A DNA stretch of 32,000 nucleotides, from NCBI GenBank assembly GCA_003056265.1, contig NBVN01000004.1:150001-182000 (forward strand). Direction: 5' to 3'. The translations under genes were made by a program, and so were the position numbers. Source of the stretch: Zestosphaera tikiterensis. GTDB lineage: Archaea > Thermoproteota > Thermoprotei_A > Sulfolobales > NBVN01. This document shows positions 30,092 to 32,000 of this stretch, one piece after another (the stretch's first letter is position 1; the number at the start of each line of letters is the position of its first letter). Under the pieces are notes generated by a model. It saw only the letters and a program-made list of their open reading frames with translations. It did no database searches and was not told the origin of the DNA.

Positions 30092-32000
30092 TTAACCCTT
30101 CCTACTTAGGAAATCCATTAAAGACTTACCCTCTTTTTTAACGGCTTCTAACTGCTTATCCGTAACTCCAAAGTACGAAAGTATTCTTAAAGCGGCTGGG
30201 ATTACTTGATGCTTTACGTAGTACTCGACGTCTATGTCCTTATCCTTAACCATCATGTAGGGGTAAGCTCTAGAGGATATGTTTCCAGTGCCTTTAACTA
30301 TTACATACCCAACCTTACTCCCCACATCTACTTTAATGCCTAGATTCTCAAGTCTTTTAGCGGCTGCTACGTGAGGAGCGTCCACCTCATAATCGTCTAT
30401 TCTCTTAGTTAAAGTCTTCCATATTATCAACTTGTCGATAGGTATCTTACCGCTTCTTAAGTCCTCAATAACTTTCCTCACGTGGTTTATCGCGTCATCA
30501 ACTCTTTTAGTAGTTAAGATGAGCTTAGCTACCTCCTCCTGCACATCCCTAGCTATGTCTGTCCAGTCACCCCTCACAGCTTCAAAACCGACGATGTCTA
30601 TCCTACCGTCCTCCGTTAAGCCTACATACCTCTTCTTAGCTTCAGTGAAGAAAACCCGTTTGTAGATTTTATCTATTTTTATCTCAAGACCTAACGCTGA
30701 GTTAACTTCATCGACGAACTTGCTTATTAAGTCCTTAACGTAGGTAACGAATAGGGAGTCCGTATCCCCGTAAATCACTCTTAACCCTAGCTTACCAGCT
30801 ATTTTAATAGCTTCAGTTATTGTTTTACGTCCTAACGCTGTAACGGCTTCAGCGCCTTCCCTGAAGTACCAACGAGCTCCAACCCAACCCATATATCCGT
30901 AGGAAGCGTTAGCTAATACTTTAAGTGCTCTTTGCCTTTCGTCAAGAACTTTATACTCAGGGGATTCAGGGCTTAAACTCTTCATTTCCTCCCTAACTGC
31001 TTTCCTCATCTTTAATAGAGTTTCTAAAACGTTTTTGTAGAATCCCGGCGGGCTAACTCTAAACTTATACTTCAGCTCTGGTATGATGTAGCATTCGTTA
31101 ACACCGCATTCGCCGTCAACGTATGTGTCAGGACCTATGTTATATTTAATCATGATGTTAGGGTACATTGAGGTGAAGTCCAACACCGCTATATTTTCAT
31201 GAACGCCTTTAGCAGGCTCTAAAACTATAGCTCCTTTGTAGGGTTCGTACTCCCTCTCAACTCTATTAGGTATGAGCTCACCGTATTTAAAGGCTTCACG
31301 CATTAAATACCACTCAAGTCTATAACCGACTGAAGCAGCCCCTACCTGATCTAAAGGCAGTCCTGTAAGGCTTGATAACTGCATAGCGAAGGGTAGGAAC
31401 TTCTCAGCTATGCCTAACGTGGATATCGCGTCTTCCTTAGCATATTTCTCAAGTAAGGGTCTCTTGCTTAAGTCGTCCCAGAACTTATGTATTTCATACC
31501 AAGGTATTAAAGTGCGTTCGTCTTTCTTCATAACCCCTAGATAATCGGCTACCTCATCTAAGGACTTCAGCTTAATCTCAGGTATTTCCTCGGCGAAGTT
31601 GTAGAGGTCTACGTGAAGCCTCCCAGGAACTGATATATGTCCGTAAGCCGACTGTCTTGGGATGCCGCCCTTAGCTCTGCCAACATCTAGCTTAACCTTC
31701 AGGAATTCAGACCTGCTGAGTAGGTATTGCCAGTCAAACATGTTTGAGTTATAGCCTACTATGATGTCTGGGTCGTAAGTTAACACGTAGTTAACGAATT
31801 CCTCAATAAGTTTTCCATCGTTGTTTAAATCCTCAGCGGTAAGTACTTTAACGTCTCCGTCGTTGTTGGCTAACGCCACTATGATTATAGGGTCTTTAGA
31901 AGGCCTTAAAGACCCTGAGGGGCTGTAAACCTCTATGTCAAACGCTAAAACCTTAAGCTTCGGTGGTAGGTTCCTCTCAATCCTTCTTAAACCACTCTTT
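30092..32000 (-). CDS. polB: Family-B DNA polymerase, C-terminal ~635 codons (5' end outside window)
   Basis: It has the motifs LDFTSMYPNIM (motif A), KVLANASYGYMG (motif B) and VIYGDTDSLFV (motif C). The frame stays open upstream of the track's Met through FDIEV (Exo I, ~31930) to the window edge. Confidence 0.9.
   Translation of the reverse strand, partial: KSGLRRIERNLPPKLKVLAFDIEVYSPSGSLRPSKDPIIIVALANNDGDVKVLTAEDLNNDGKLIEEFVNYVLTYDPDIIVGYNSNMFDWQYLLSRSEFLKVKLDVGRAKGGIPRQSAYGHISVPGRLHVDLYNFAEEIPEIKLKSLDEVADYLGVMKKDERTLIPWYEIHKFWDDLSKRPLLEKYAKEDAISTLGIAEKFLPFAMQLSSLTGLPLDQVGAASVGYRLEWYLMREAFKYGELIPNRVEREYEPYKGAIVLEPAKGVHENIAVLDFTSMYPNIMIKYNIGPDTYVDGECGVNECYIIPELKYKFRVSPPGFYKNVLETLLKMRKAVREEMKSLSPESPEYKVLDERQRALKVLANASYGYMGWVGARWYFREGAEAVTALGRKTITEAIKIAGKLGLRVIYGDTDSLFVTYVKDLISKFVDEVNSALGLEIKIDKIYKRVFFTEAKKRYVGLTEDGRIDIVGFEAVRGDWTDIARDVQEEVAKLILTTKRVDDAINHVRKVIEDLRSGKIPIDKLIIWKTLTKRIDDYEVDAPHVAAAKRLENLGIKVDVGSKVGYVIVKGTGNISSRAYPYMMVKDKDIDVEYYVKHQVIPAALRILSYFGVTDKQLEAVKKEGKSLMDFLSRKG

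Noticed and set aside
26893-30665. Track ORFs 26893-27087(+), 28924-29379(-) and 30432-30665(+)
   Set aside because: They are antisense shadows within the MscS, dnaG and polB genes.
1-32000. CRISPR arrays, rRNA genes, integrase or conventional transposase genes
   Set aside because: I found no regularly spaced direct repeats, no rRNA-like conserved blocks, and no integrase or DDE/serine/tyrosine recombinase motifs in any frame I inspected.

Overview
The window reads as a chromosomal segment of a hyperthermophilic crenarchaeon, possibly Desulfurococcales-like; this is inferred from gene content only. Supporting signs are archaeal DnaG and family-B DNA polymerase, A/T-rich TATA boxes about 25-30 nt upstream of starts, and frequent GTG/TTG starts. 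The background is AT-rich (roughly 40% GC by eye), and sharply GC-rich islands mark structural RNAs. Three blocks are visible. (1) 1-5.0 kb holds an HTH regulator fragment and three metal-dependent amidohydrolases, including adenine deaminase. (2) 5.05-15.3 kb is an accessory-like stretch next to tRNA-Pro(CGG). It holds an antitoxin-PIN-antitoxin operon with a 69-bp perfect repeat. It also holds a retropepsin-like protease gene split by a ~1.4-kb element, and that element carries an AbrB-like ORF, a frameshifted zinc-finger-less TnpB-like ORF and an outward-facing promoter plus GC-rich RNA-like segment. Further along are a coiled-coil gene with a perfect 150-bp internal duplication, a ~950-bp ORF-free region with a second promoter plus GC-rich structured segment, a DUF104/PIN pair, a MoxR-VWA pair interrupted by an MNT gene and a decayed HEPN gene, and a coiled-coil/PD-(D/E)xK-like gene. 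(3) 15.5-32 kb is housekeeping and envelope. It holds a circularly permuted GTPase, a 1176-aa S-layer-like glycoprotein, a sugar nucleotidyltransferase, a textbook C/D box sRNA absent from the ORF track, a SpoIIM-like membrane protein, an Lhr-type helicase, a Dpm1/GtrA glycosyltransferase, MscS, TrkA, a third GC-rich ncRNA candidate, an HTH regulator, DnaG and a partial PolB. I saw no CRISPR array and no rRNA. All family assignments come from motif recognition by eye; no searches were run.
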